A DNA stretch of 62,904 nt, the filler included, from Atractiella rhizophila (lineage: Eukaryota): NCBI GenBank assembly GCA_021432655.1. It is 10 parts of 6 records of this genome, joined end to end, with 100 filler letters (N's around TTAATTAATTAA, not from the genome) between each part and the next. Parts side by side here need not be neighbours in the genome. Positions count along the whole stretch, not along the records: positions 1 to 17,563 come from MU271180.1; positions 17,664 to 18,670 come from MU271180.1; positions 18,771 to 33,324 come from MU271180.1; 7 more parts are not named here. The stretch is one strand, 5' to 3'. Positions 11,144-23,705 of this stretch are shown here, in pieces; the first letter of the stretch is position 1, and each line of letters begins with the position of its first letter. The notes under the pieces were generated by a model. The model saw only the letters and a program-made list of their open reading frames with translations, made no database searches and had not been told where the DNA came from. A program made the translations under genes and the position numbers.

Positions 11144-13541
11144 ATGAACGAGCTTTTAGCAGAGTCCGCGGAGCCAAAGGATGTAGTTTCACAGCAGAGG
11201 CATGATGGGGAAGAGACTCAATCGACATCTCTAGCCCTCCAACTTCGAAGCCACACCCTCTTCCCACTTCTCCCTCCCCTCGCTCCACCACAGGAATGGA
11301 CGCTAGATCCAGAGGAGGATGGTTATGTGCCTCCTTGGTTTCCTACAGATATGACTTGGCGTGAGTGTTCACTATGGCAGAGGGTAGTTGCGAGCTTCGA
11401 GTGTCGTTCTGTTATGCTGTCGAGTGATTCCCTCACCTCCATGGAGGCATTGTCCTTATGTCGATGATAGGAATGGCTCGGTGCACTCTTGAAGGCTGTG
11501 TGGCGTTGGCCTCTTTTGGCCGCAGATTAAACAGGTTCGCCAGTACCGTCAATCTGTGGCAAGCGTGTCGCTTTGGTTTCCTTCGAGAAGTCGACTATTT
11601 CATCTTCTATCCTCCTTGAGTTTCCAGAGTAGCAGATATCAGCTAAATGAGGAAGCAACTGCTAATCTCTTCCGTTTCGTGTAGCCCAATGGTCCATTGC
11701 ACCTCCATCCCCCATCAACGGAAGCTCCGACCTCTTCACGCTCCTCCTTCTCACGGGTGTTTACAAAAAGTACTACCTACCGTATATGAAGCATTCCCAC
11801 ATCCCACCTCATCCACGGCACAACTTCTACACACTTCCGCTCTCACGTACAGCTTGGAAACATCCTTATTCCTCCCGCCATCCCCTCAACCTGTACATCT
11901 GGGATTCGCAGCTGAGGGAGAAGTTTGAGAAAGAGAAGGACGAGGAGGGAAAGTGGGAAGCGTTGAAGGAAGGGCAGAAGGTTGATTATTCTTTGGAGAG
12001 GAGACTGAGGAAAGGAGTTTACAATGGATTTGAGACCATAAAGACGGAGGATGAGGAAGATGTGAGGAGGAGGGAGGAGAGAAAAGCGGAGTTGGAGATA
12101 GAGAGGGACGATGGTTATAAGAGAAGGGAGAAGGAGAGACGTCTGCGTGAGAAGAAGCGGAAGTGCATGCAGTCGTTCTCGCCATCAACTGCTCCTGCTC
12201 CGACAGAAAGGCTCGATCTCCAACCTCTGGCCTCCTCGTCCAGCTTGTTGCCGACGTACAATATCCCTATCCCAGAAGGGTGGATGGAGCATCTCACGAC
12301 GGCTTCAAAGGAGATGCAAGCTTTAATCGATGAGCAAAACAGACGGCTTTCCTTCAAGCCGAAAGATAAGGTGGATGTTGATATGACTACCGATGGAGCG
12401 TATGCTTCTCGAGAGCCATCTGCATTTCCCACCACTCCAGGAGGTGTGGGAGGGGAAGAATGGCTGGATGGGAATATAGAGAGAGGCGCAAAGAAAAGGA
12501 AGCTGTCACGCCGCACTGTGAGCGTGGCGCCGGAGGATGGCGACGTTGAGGAGAGGGATAAGGACGCAATGCGGGTGAATGGGAAAGTGAAGGAGGAGGA
12601 CGATTCAGAGGGTCCCTCAGCGCTTAAACATAAAGTCAACAGAAGCTGGTGGGGAATGGTCCACCGGATTCCAGGTGCGTCGTCCGTCTTCTTTCATACC
12701 CATCCTGTCCTTGGAAACTAGAGACTGATCGTGAGCTACTGAATGTGCAGGCAAAGCGTATCTTCTCAAAGATAACTTTCTCGAAAGCCTTATGCACGAA
12801 GACTGGAGTGATAAACCTCACCTTCAAGGCGATAATGCGTTCAAACAGTTTGATGATGGATCGTGGGACATGGAGAATACACGTGTAGTTGGGATGGACG
12901 AGAACTGGTGGTGGGGACCTTTGAAGGATCCAGACGTCCGGAAGAGGGTACTGTTTTTTGCTTTCATGTTCGGCGTAGCATAGAGAAGTCTGACGTGTTT
13001 CGCCATACAGGAAGTATGGGCATCCCGTCGTCTTTCTCGTGGTCAATCACTTGCTGGCCTCGAACCACTCCCAGACGGGCTCGGCGCAGCCGAGGATGGC
13101 AAAGCGTCTCCGTCAACAACGATTGCGTCGGCACACGAACCCGAATTCGACCCTCTCGTCCCTCATTCCATGGTACCTGTGATCAGCAACGGTCAATATG
13201 TCTCAGGGACAATCGTTCCGTTCTCCACTCCGCGCGTCGTCCCTCTCAAACAGAAGATCGGAGAGGCGCTCGGGATCAAGACAGATCTCAGTGAACGTGC
13301 AAGGAGGGGAGAAGGTACAGTTGAGGAGTTGAGGGGCAGAAAACCAATTTATTCGAGGAGGCCGCCAGAGTTCGATAATGGGAGGATGGAGAGGCGGGAA
13401 GAAAGCTCGAACGCGTCGACTCCGACTACCATTAGTGGATACGGCTCCAGTGTTCCTCCTTATAAGAGGGTGAAATCGAAGATTCCCCCCACTTCCACTT
13501 CGATGGCGGACAACCGGCCGACAAAGAAGAGGAAGACTTGA
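11144..13541 (+). CDS. Mediator subunit Med19/Rox3-like protein; exons 11144-11360, 11685-12674, 12751-12947, 13011-13541
   Basis: All three introns are GT-AG and frame-consistent. INGSSDLFTLLLLTGVYKKYYLP and SWWGMVHRIPGKAYLLKDNFLESLM…FKQFD resemble the two conserved fungal Med19 blocks as I recall them; basic KKRK tail. Confidence 0.6.
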
Positions 13542-13809
13542 TTGAAAGCCCAGTTAAACATCGATGTGGTCCTTGTATATATCATCAGGCGTCATATGTC
13601 TAATTATCATTCTATTATTCATTACCATACTTCTATAGTCGAAACTGACGAAGAGATTACTAGTAGCTATAAGGTAGGGATATAATTCGGATCACAAGGG
13701 GATAGTGGTAAAATGCAATGAGCCGATGTTGAAACAACAAATACACACTAATGATTAAAAGTGCTGAGCTATCAGTGACAAATCTTTAGAATTGTGAACC
13801 CCTCCTAAA

Positions 13810-15540
13810 TTATCCCCTCACACTGCGACCTGGTGGTTCCTCCAAAATCTCTAGGGATTCCTTCGCAGCATCATGTCTCTGTGGGAGAGACAAAGATTTG
13901 TGCCTTAACGGAGAACTATCTGCCTCGGTGACATCAGAAGCTCCATTTCTGTTCAGTTCCTTCCTGTCATTGGCATCATGGAGCTCTTGGAGGGAGAAAC
14001 ATCCGATATCGCACTGTTCTTCGTCTATATGTGACACCGTCGCTACACTACACCCTGAATCGGGGACAGTGTTGTTGGTCAGCCAAGAGTCGCCACCAAA
14101 GGAGGAGAAGAATGTGGCATTTGCGGTGGGGGATCGAGAAGCAGGACTACTAGGTGGGCGTGGACCACGAGCAAAGGTGGGACGACTGTCGGCATCGTCA
14201 GTGCCAGCGCCTATTCGAGTCTCTTTGACATCGCGGGAATTGAGAGTGTAAGTGACCGATAAGGAGTAAATGTATGGGAACTGCAGCAGGAATGCAAGAT
14301 GGATCTAAGAGGAAAAGTTAGGACTGTCAGGTATGCAGGAGAATTGCCCTACATTTCCAATCTGTACGGTTGTTTCGGCAACGATAGCATCTACGAATAC
14401 GAAGATAAAGGCAAGAAGGTTTGTACAAATTAACCCTTTGAGGATTTTGGTGAAAATGTGCTCTTCGTCTCTCCTACCGTTACTTCATGTCAGCGGGGTG
14501 CAACAAGGGGCGGGCAGGCTCACTTATTGCGTTCTCTCCGTGCATTCTTTGGGAAAGGCTGGCAGAATATCAAAATAGTAAGATAAAGGTTCATTGCGAC
14601 TTCACTCTGTTACCGTGCGTCAGCGTCAGCATTCATCAAATAGCAAAACTATTGCACGGACCCATCGCCATGATTCGACAAGTGCCCTCTCGTCACGGCT
14701 TTCGCCAAACGATTGGTACTCCGTGATGTACCGCTGTCCATAAATGATTGAAATAATGAGGCCGATAATGCCAATGGAAACTGAGCCCAGGATTAAAAGG
14801 AATGATACGAATTGGTGGCATTTGCGCCATGGAGAAGGGTTGAGGGACTGCATCCCTTCTTCAGGAGGGAGCAACTCAGTGAAGCAGGAGAGACGCACGT
14901 AAGATATCCGAGTAGCAAAAAAGGACTGAGAGATGACAGCTGCGAGAATAGGAAACACTAAACAACAAATGAAATTCGCCTGACGAATAAACTCTGATGC
15001 CTACCAAACAGAACAAACCGGATATTCAATGGGTGGATAGATCGTGCCGGAGTATATCTTTCTTCAATGAAGTAGATCCAATCGACATAGATAAGAATAA
15101 TCCAGGACGCTGTTGCGGAAGTGAAAAGACCGCCGACGGTGAGTTTGAGATAGAGCGGGTCTCTCGAAAATGTGCTGTAGTAGAACCTTGCCTGCGAAGC
15201 ATTGATGCCCTAGCTTGACGCGTTAGGTCGGATGCTACGCGAAGGTTGTCAATGCAACGCACAAATAGAAAGCAAGCAACCATCCCTCCGAGCAGCCACG
15301 ACCCTACACCACCCTGAGTTGTGGCTACACGTACCGAACCGACTCACCAAGAAGTTGCTCGTTTGCAGTTGCATTGGTCATTACAGTGCTCACCAAATGA
15401 AAGACAACTCTGAATGGGATATTGGGCAGACGAACCTGCGGCCGTCAGGTTTTAAGAGGAAGGTGAGATGAGTAGAAGCAGCATAAGAGCAGAATGGATG
15501 AGAAGGGCGAGATCTACCGAGAGATATACGGCGCTGACAT
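13810..15540 (-). CDS. Multi-pass membrane protein, DUF6534-like fungal family, multi-exon
   Basis: Spliced GGVGSWLLGGMVACFLF|GINASQARFYYSTFSRDPLYLKLTVGGL matches the family N-terminal pattern. Further hydrophobic exons follow, then a hydrophilic tail ending TAA at 13810. Start is tentative. Confidence 0.65.
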
Positions 15541-16366
15541 GGTTCGAGAGGGAGATTGTTGCTTGCCGTCTCCCGATCCGAGACAATGTCTCAATTCACA
15601 TTCCCATGAATCGCTTCCCGCACTAGTCTTCCCACGAATCGGGCAACAACTATAGCAGCAACAGCCAAAAGAACCCTGAATGCAACTACTATCAGAATTA
15701 TCAGCCGGATCATCCTCAATATTGCAGTCAATGTTGCTTAATCCAAGCTCAGTCACAGACATCCAAGTGTTCATCTCATAAGAGTTAAGGGAGTATCCTA
15801 AGACGCGTCTTTGTTGCTACCGCGGCCTATCAGCAAACATAGTTCGTCTTGGGCCATCCATGCTTTGTCGGCAACAATGAAGAGCACGGGAACTGAGAGA
15901 AAGACCAAGCAAGTTCATTCGGCCGACGTATGTATGCCAGAAGACAGCTTCGGGAGGCTTGAACACACAGGAAAGGAAACATTATGGCTCATGCTCAGCT
16001 GTACTTTGACTTAGATTGATCAAGAGATTAGACAATCAGCTCAAAGACCAAGCCATTACAGGGACAGGAGCAGGGCTGGACACGGATGGTGAAGAATGTT
16101 AAATCAAAGATGGTCGAAACGGAACAACTTTGGATGACCACATCATGCACAGCGGCGGGACTTTGTGAAGTGCATGAAAAAAAGTGGAAGTTAAACCACG
16201 TTCATTGAAAGGTCGGCAGTGCCCTTTTTGATAGCAGACATTGATGTACTGATTTCTTATGTGCTGCCAGTGAAGGCTGATTGCGATAGTACTCCAAGAC
16301 GAGAAAAAGGAATGCTGGCGTCTAAACGTGGAAAACGGCTTCGACTTCGTCGACTACAGAGATTCT

Positions 16367-17563
16367 TCAGTTCAGCAGATTTTCAAGCAAGCACGCACCA
16401 GCTGGGCCTTCATGCGGTAAGGCTTCCATAATTTGTTCATCCTCACGGTCCATGATAACGGGGTTGCTATAGTCTTCTCCATCTTCCGAGAGAACGGGTC
16501 GTAGTGCTGGAGAAGTCGGGCCGGAAGATTTTCGTCGTGGGCGAGGAGAACGCGGTGCTCCGCTTTGTTTCTCTTCTTCCAACGCATTCATGGTTTCGGG
16601 ACTGTGACCAAAAACATGAGCTACAGCAGTTTCTTTCCAGATGATATACCTGATCGCCTCCCAGCGATGCACTTGCTCCTCTTTAGAGTCCCATCCACCA
16701 TCGGTGGAGCTGCCGTCATCGTCGTAAGTTCCTAAGAAGCCAATACTCGCCACACTCTCGCTGTCACTAATGTCATCACCTTCTCCCAGAATCTGTCCCA
16801 ACCGATTCCATGCAGAAAGTGACGCGTTCTCTTCACCAGTTATAGGTCGTGGATCGAACAAACCGTCAATAATTTCCTCGTAATTGTCGAGGTATCCTTC
16901 CATGATTGCGTCCGGTATATAGGTAGCACGGAAGTGGTCGTCCCAGGAAGCGGCGGAGCGAGGCGGCGGAAACATGTCTCCTTCGAAAGTATCAGGAAGC
17001 GATGAAGTATTATGTCCCCCAGCAAAGCTTTGGCGGAAAGCAGAAGCGGGAGACGCCGGGTGTCCCTCGCCGTGGAATCCGCCAGGTTGACCAAGACTTG
17101 AAGATCGACGATGTTGCTGTGGCGCATATATCGAATAATGCTTGGTCGTCTGCAGGGACCATCATCAAGAAGTTGCATTTGTCTTCGTAATTCACCTACA
17201 AAGAACTTGACTAAAGCTCGGAGGGCATGCTCTTGAGGCTGTGATAACACTAAGCTAGTCGATCATTGAAGGAACTTCGAAAGCAAACCAGTGCGTCATC
17301 AAGGTCGCTATCCACATCGACACCCATCAGCCATTCATCTCTCAGGTCAGGTCGACAATTCAGATAGATGGCCGTGATAACCTTCATATTAGCTGCAATA
17401 GGGTCAACGCCTCGAGTCGACCGCCAGAAGGAAATGTACATTGCCTCCACTTCCGCCCATAGTATGGTACTTGGTTTTTTATGACCTTTAGGACATAAAG
17501 CTGAAGTTTAGGATGCGAAACTTTCAGGATACGCTTGAGAATAGCCTAAGGCAGACATCAGCA
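16367..17563 (-). CDS. FAR11: STRIPAK component Far11/STRIP (HAM-2/PRO22), 3' part, truncated by contig end
   Basis: LKRILKVSHPKLQLYVLKVIKNQVPYYGRKWRQ, NMKVITAIYLNCRPDLRDEWL and PQEHALRALVKF are characteristic Far11 C-terminal motifs. Confidence 0.9.
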
Positions 17564-17663
17564 NNNNNNNNNNNNNNNNNNNNNNNNNNNNNNNNNNNNN
17601 NNNNNNNTTAATTAATTAANNNNNNNNNNNNNNNNNNNNNNNNNNNNNNNNNNNNNNNNNNNN
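17564..17663. other. Artificial contig linker; identical linkers at 18671-18770, 33325-33424, 34731-34830, 42371-42470, 43766-43865, 58050-58149, 60060-60159 and 61653-61752
   Basis: Exactly 44 N + TTAATTAATTAA (stops in all six frames) + 44 N, seen nine times. Confidence 0.97.
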
Positions 17664-17777
17664 GAGAGTTATAGGTACCTGAGAGAGTCCTACGTTCCCC
17701 GTTTGGCCCCTGTATCGCGGGAGATGGTGTTGAATTACATTGGACAGAGGATCCTAGGCCTTCCGAAAAGCTACTGA
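17664..17777 (+). CDS. Acyl-CoA dehydrogenase family protein, last exon only
   Basis: RYLRESYVPRLAPVSREMVLNYIGQRILGLPKSY* is a typical ACAD C-terminus (…LGLPxSY). Confidence 0.8.
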   Translation, partial: ESYRYLRESYVPRLAPVSREMVLNYIGQRILGLPKSY

Positions 17778-18196
17778 GACCAAGTTCCTACGTTCAGGCA
17801 GAAGAACAACTCGATTAGGTTAGACTCCGAAGTAGAAGGTGATCATTGATTGCATTTATCTTCTCTCCTTGAGAGTTCGTATTTGGATTCTCATACCAAT
17901 GGTGCATCAAACAGAAAGGAAAGGAAGTGAAAGGAAATGGAGACGGAAGGGCTACAGGGTATTCTCTTGTGGTAGAGTCAATTAGACAAGGAAGAATCTA
18001 AAGCTGGGAATATTGATCTTGAAAATTGAGCTGGATACGATAGCTAGTTCTGGTCGTGAATAAGGAGGAGGAGGTGAGAAGAAGGTACTGCTACAGAACA
18101 GGTATACTGATATCATGGATGACCAATATGGACAGGTGTACAGAAAGGGAACAATTGGACCACAAATTGAAACAGAGTCAGAGTCATAACGAATGT

Positions 18197-18670
18197 CTAG
18201 TCGTTCAGGAGTTCGTTCAGGTTCCAATCTTCTCCCACCTCTTCCTTCATCCTCGCCTGTACAGTCTCCCAAGTCGCAGGGGAGAATTCGATTGTGCTAC
18301 CGCCAAGCCCATCTCCTAAAGCATCTGAGAGTGCGACATGACCAAACGCGTCCTGGTTGATTGCAATATCGGTGGGACAAACTGTTCCCATCCCAAAATG
18401 AATAGCCCCTTGGTCCATTGTTCCCCCAAAGAAGCCATCCTGATAGAACTCGGTATTGAAGACGTTGAATGCGTTCGAAGGGAGAGGAGCAGAGGTGGCG
18501 GGTGAAGAGGTGGGGATGGTGGCGCCACAGGGTACGATGTATCCACGAGACGGAGATAAATCCTCATCAGGCTTCATGGAGTACGATAGTGGGGAAGGAG
18601 TCGGCGCAATCGAGGAATGGGTGGTACCCGGAGAAGAATAGGTTGAGCGCGTCTGAGGAGAACGAGAGGA
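18197..18670 (-). CDS. C-terminal fragment of a hypothetical protein (acidic tail, possibly a transcription factor)
   Basis: Open frame from the contig edge to the TAG at 18197. No domain recognised. Confidence 0.45.
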   Translation of the reverse strand, partial: SSRSPQTRSTYSSPGTTHSSIAPTPSPLSYSMKPDEDLSPSRGYIVPCGATIPTSSPATSAPLPSNAFNVFNTEFYQDGFFGGTMDQGAIHFGMGTVCPTDIAINQDAFGHVALSDALGDGLGGSTIEFSPATWETVQARMKEEVGEDWNLNELLND

Positions 18671-20712
18671 NNNNNNNNNNNNNNNNNNNNNNNNNNNNNN
18701 NNNNNNNNNNNNNNTTAATTAATTAANNNNNNNNNNNNNNNNNNNNNNNNNNNNNNNNNNNNNNNNNNNNCTGTAAGAGAAGAAGTTGAAGAAGGAGCAG
18801 AGTTTTGTTTTGCTTTTTAAAATAAGGGTGTTCGTAGGTCTTATGGGGACACGAAAGCTGTGGTAGGTCGTATCGTCGCTATTAAAGAACAAGTCCACAG
18901 GATCTCTGTTTATAAGAGACGGTCCTGTCAAAGATTTTCAGCGCGGATCTCGTCTGCCGCTGGGGATCTAAGCGTGTGCGGGTTATTGGAAACAAACGAG
19001 AAGGTGATTTCCACTGATCTTTAAGCTCTGATCTGCTCTTTACATCGACTGATGAAGAAGGAAGAAAGTGGGCGAACTGAGCATAGGCCTAATTCCAATA
19101 AGCTCTCGTCCGTGCAGGTGATTTTCGTCAGCTCAAAATGATCGGATCTCGCCCTAAATCCCTTTCATGGGTATGGCTCGGCAGCCCTCCAGAGACTTTA
19201 GCATCATGGTCATGCTCAGCTTGCTCGTAATAGCCAATCCTGCCATTTTCAAGTGATTGAGAAGTAAACTAGGTTGTTTTGATAGCTTTGGCGAGAAGGC
19301 TGGACAGCCAGCTCAACCAAACATTCTCGCAAACAAGGTCTTGTCATGTTCAATCCTGTAGCTGCTTTCCGGCCTAGGCTACAACGACAGCCAGTATACT
19401 CAGTGAGGAGGGCGAGAATAATCGATGCTAGCGAGATAAACTCAAACTCAACCGAACACCGTTTTGGCAACTTCACGAACCCAAATATTATTCCAAACCT
19501 TCGAGAGTTTCCTCATGTATTCGCCGCCCAGCGCCGCCAGCTGCTCGATTTGGAAGCATGTTACTCTTCTGAGGACGATGCATTTAATCAACCTGCACGT
19601 CGAATGACAATTGAATTCGTCCCTGTTAGGTCCAAGTAGAATGTTCTTCTTGCGAGTTCGTGGATTCCCAACCTCAAGCGTCAATCAAGGTGTGGCTCGC
19701 TTACTGTAGAAGGAACACGGAAAGTTTGGTGTTGGCCAAGATGGGGAACGGGGAAGCCTGAATGAGACAGATGGAGAAAGGTGATCCCAAGATCGTGGTG
19801 ATTATCTCTCATGATTTACAGCAGACCACTATATTGGTCGTCAACTTCGATACTTCGCATCCGAGGAGAGATATTGTAGCTGAGGAAGGACAGAGGTTAC
19901 AATTCCTCCTTTATTACTCATTGTTCCAGATCAGTTTAGGTGCCATAATAAACGTCAACAATTTGCTTTATCTGTCCTGAACGTCGAAAGCGGAAGAGGA
20001 GAGGGGATCATCGATGTTCTTTGACCTTCGCCAAAGCGGAGCGGGCTCTCAAATGAACTTTCTCTGTGATCTCCTGTCTACTTTACCGCTCGTTGGTACT
20101 GCCATGGTGCCACCTGAAGTTCTAGAGCGCTCGGGAGGGTACAAAAAGGAGGCGCGCTACCTTCTACAATTGACATTGATCGAGCTGCTGTTAAAATAAT
20201 TTAGACCCTGAAGAATATTTCTGTCTTGGTTCTCCTACCCTCTTGTTCGACGATGTGCAGCGAACTACCTACAGTAACAATTAATATTAGTGCTCCAGCA
20301 CTTCCACTGATACTGATTTCTTGTCCGCGATACTCAGAGGTCGAATGGAATGAGTAGAGTTTATAATGCGCTGCAATATCACATCCTGCTTGCGAAAAGT
20401 AATCAACTAAATAGGGTCAAGCAACATAACCATATATCATTCAATCGAACAGCTGATGTGTGTAAAGCGTACTTGAGCGTAATTGTCCCGAGCAGAAGCA
20501 CTTCGCAGCATACTTCTACGGAGGAATTATGGGATATCAATGCGGAGCAAACTTTGTTCAGCTGGATGACGGCGCATCTCTCCAGTCGAGTCCCTCCCCG
20601 TCAGCCTCCTAAACACGATTCCAACCTTAACGTGGCCCCCTTCTCCTTTCTGCATACAAGCTTCGTGAACCTGAACGTCGCCTGCGCGTTGCTGCTACGC
20701 ATTCAATCCCGT

Positions 20713-20818
20713 CCCCACAAGGCAGGCCGGAAGTACCAAACACCAGCGCTCACTTCTGCGGGGTCAGAATCTAATCCTGTTCTCTGCTAAGATGGCAAGG
20801 AGTAGCAGAGGTATAAAA
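20713..20818 (+). promoter_or_regulatory. Sugar-porter promoter: TATA box (20812-20818) and candidate CreA/Mig1 SYGGRG sites (20713-20718 minus, 20758-20763 plus)
   Basis: TATAAAA lies ~70 nt upstream of the ATG at 20889; GCGGGG and CCCCAC hexamers lie further upstream. Confidence 0.4.
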
Positions 20819-20888
20819 GGCAGTCTCACGACCCATAGAAGCTTGTGGCACTAAGAATCGCGTTGTTTTTGTCACGAACGAAAGCACA

Positions 20889-23488
20889 ATGCCACGCCTG
20901 CCTGCTTTTTTGAAGGTGCAGAAATCGAACGACCTTGTCGCTTCTAGCTTATGGCAAAATAGGAAGACCTTATTCATTGCTAGGCGAGTCTCTCCCCTAG
21001 TTAGTCAGAGCGCGAGATAACAGAGAGGGAGAATAGCATCATTTCGTCTGCTGCTTTTCAGTATGGGTTTGGTCCGTCATTTATTTCATCACCAGTCACC
21101 AATGCTGAATGGCACATAGATTTCGGTCTCATCGGCGGATTCCAAGGTATTTACTTAGACATTGCACTTGGTTCCTTGCTCACAATTGCGCTAGCGATGC
21201 CTGGTTTTCGTGCGTTGAGTAAATGCTGCGCTGTTGCACTTAATGAGGGAGAGCAGTGAAGGTATTCGGTTATGAGGATCCAAAATCGCTCACTGGATGG
21301 AACATCAAATCCGATGTACAACAGCTAATTGCCTCACTCATGACACTGGGTATGTTTTCACCCTGTTTCAGACGCACTTCGTTGACTGGGAGCGAAGGTG
21401 CTTTCATTGGTACGACCAGTCAGCAGTCATCATTTTATGCTCATAATTTATGAGCAAAGGTTCTCTACTCGCCGGTCCTATGAGCAAGTGGCTTGATCGT
21501 AGGAAGTCCATTGCCGTCGCAATCGTTGTGTGCAGTGGTGCGTTAACGCTCATGTTCGAATATTACAACAAACTTAACATCCCCACAGTTGCCATTGCTA
21601 TTCAAATCGGGACCACCGCGGTGGGCGTACTGTACTTCGCTAGGTTCCTTCTCGGCATTGCGAATGGTGTCATCATGGTGAATGTTCAGTTGTTTTTGCA
21701 AGAGATAGCTCCTCCTCATCTCCGTGGAACCATGTCAGTTTGTGTCCCTTTCCTTCAATAGTTCCCCACTGCGAAACGGTTCTAATACTGAGTTCAGGTT
21801 TGCCTTCTTTCAATTCTACGTCTCCTTTGGCTCTTTGGTCGCGACCATCGTCGACAACTACACGGCCAAGATTTCATCCCGCCTCTCATACCAAATTCCT
21901 CTCGCACTTCTGTTCATCGTCCCAGTCATTTTAGCGATCACCCTGCCATTTATTGCAGACTCTCCACGATGGGCCATATCGCACGGAAAGGAAGAATTGG
22001 CTCTCAAGTACCTGCGACGTCTTCGGGGAAGCGGATATCCAGAGACGCTTGTTGCAGAGGAGTTCAACGAGATCAAAGCCGGTTGGTTGGCTGAAAAAGA
22101 TTTGGACGACCAAAAAGTTGATATACTTGACATGTTCAGAGGTACCAACCTTCGGAGAACGGTCCTGTCGGTTTGTGCCGTCACTTTGCAGGCCGCATCT
22201 GGTGCCATGTTCTTGCTGTGAGATATTCAATTTGGGTTTCTAAGACTAGCTCTTACGCTCCTCAGGTCATACGGAGTATATTTCTTTCAAATTGTGAGCT
22301 CATTCGCTATTGTGAGACATATCTGTCGCTGATAGTTCTGCAGGCCGGTTCAACCCGTAAGGCCTTTGTTCAACCCTGTTCATCATTTTATAGCGGCCAA
22401 CAGATCCGTTTGAGGATGGAATTATTATTGTGAGATTTCGTTATGTGTTAAACTGTTAATTCCGCTGATCATTGAAACAGGCCGTGATCGGGCTTGTGTG
22501 TCTTCCCTTTTTAAAGCCCTTCGAGCTTAAGCCTTTGGCAGGTCAGCGTACTTATGATCAGCTATCTCGTGCGAATCTTCAGTCGACGAGCCATCATTCT
22601 CGTCGCCACTTTCATGCAGGCAATCACCATGCTCGTAATCGCAATCATCTACACCGTTGCCCCGACTAGCAAGTCAGCCCTGAAGGCTCTGACAGGTGTT
22701 CTTTGCATCTACATTTTCTTCTACGCTGGATTCCTTGGTCCAGGTAAACAGTCCTCAGTGTCCTTGGGGACTGGATGACCGACCTTATCTTTAGTCGCTT
22801 GGGTTCTGGGAGGCGAGATTCCCTCTACACGGCTGCGCTCCCATACTCTGGGCCTTGCAGCCGCTGTAGGATTCTTTGGAGGATGGTTGGCTAGTTTCAC
22901 GTGAGCGTTCACGCTTTCCATGCTCTAGGCTGATTTTGAAGGAAGTGCACCCTACTTTATCAATACTGGCATGTGCTCGTTAATCTACATCATGTCCTCT
23001 TTATGATACTTGTTCTATACAGCTGACCTCAACTGGGGACCGAAGTATGGTAGGTAGACCCTCAAACATGTTGATAAAATTTGACGTCTCAAAGGCTATA
23101 TCTGGTTTGGAAGCAATATTATTGCTTTCATTTGGGTTTACTTTTACCTCCCAGAAACAAAGGACAGGACTCTCGAGGTACGTCCAGTACTCAATTTTCT
23201 CATATTGCTTACTTATTTACTTGTACCTTAACAGGAAATTGATGAAGTACGTTCATCCAAGCTGGCTTCGACGCCTGTTTCATGTTTGACCTATAATCAA
23301 AACAGATGTTCCAAGCCAAGGTTCCAGCTCGCAAGTTCTCCGCTTACGTTTGTGTCGCTTCAGAGCAAGCGAGGGAAGATGGAATTAAGAAGTTGGAGCT
23401 TTCAGGAAACGCTGAGCATCTTGAGCATGCCCCGAGCGATCTGTCGGAGAAGGACGCTGTCAGTGAGAAGAGTGGCAGCGACGCTTGA
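20889..23488 (+). CDS. MFS sugar porter (hexose/alpha-glucoside transporter-like), many short exons
   Basis: WLDRRKSI, LQEIAPPHLRG, DSPRW, DMFRGTNLRRT, GEIPSTRLRSHT, FTAPYFINTADLNWGPKYG and PETKDRTLEEIDEMF are sugar-porter motifs. Confidence 0.93.
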
Positions 23489-23705
23489 AGACCTGCTCCT
23501 TTCGCTGTTTTGGTCTCTCACATTCATGATTACGCGACGTGACGGCAATGATATTCGTTTTATGATATGTTGCTTTGCTTTGTTTATATTTCTGCTCCGA
23601 GTCAAAAATAGGGCAAGATAGCACATGAGCAACAATGGCAACTTTTCTCACATGGCATATCAAACTCTTACCGTAACATGTATTCAAGCATTCTTCCGAG
23701 ATACC

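Noticed and set aside
17608..17619. Recurring TTAATTAATTAA as a repeat or CRISPR-like array
   Set aside because: Always embedded in 44+44 N; it is an artificial linker.
18771..20700. Short ORFs upstream of the sugar porter
   Set aside because: No recognisable domain or consistent exon chain could be built.
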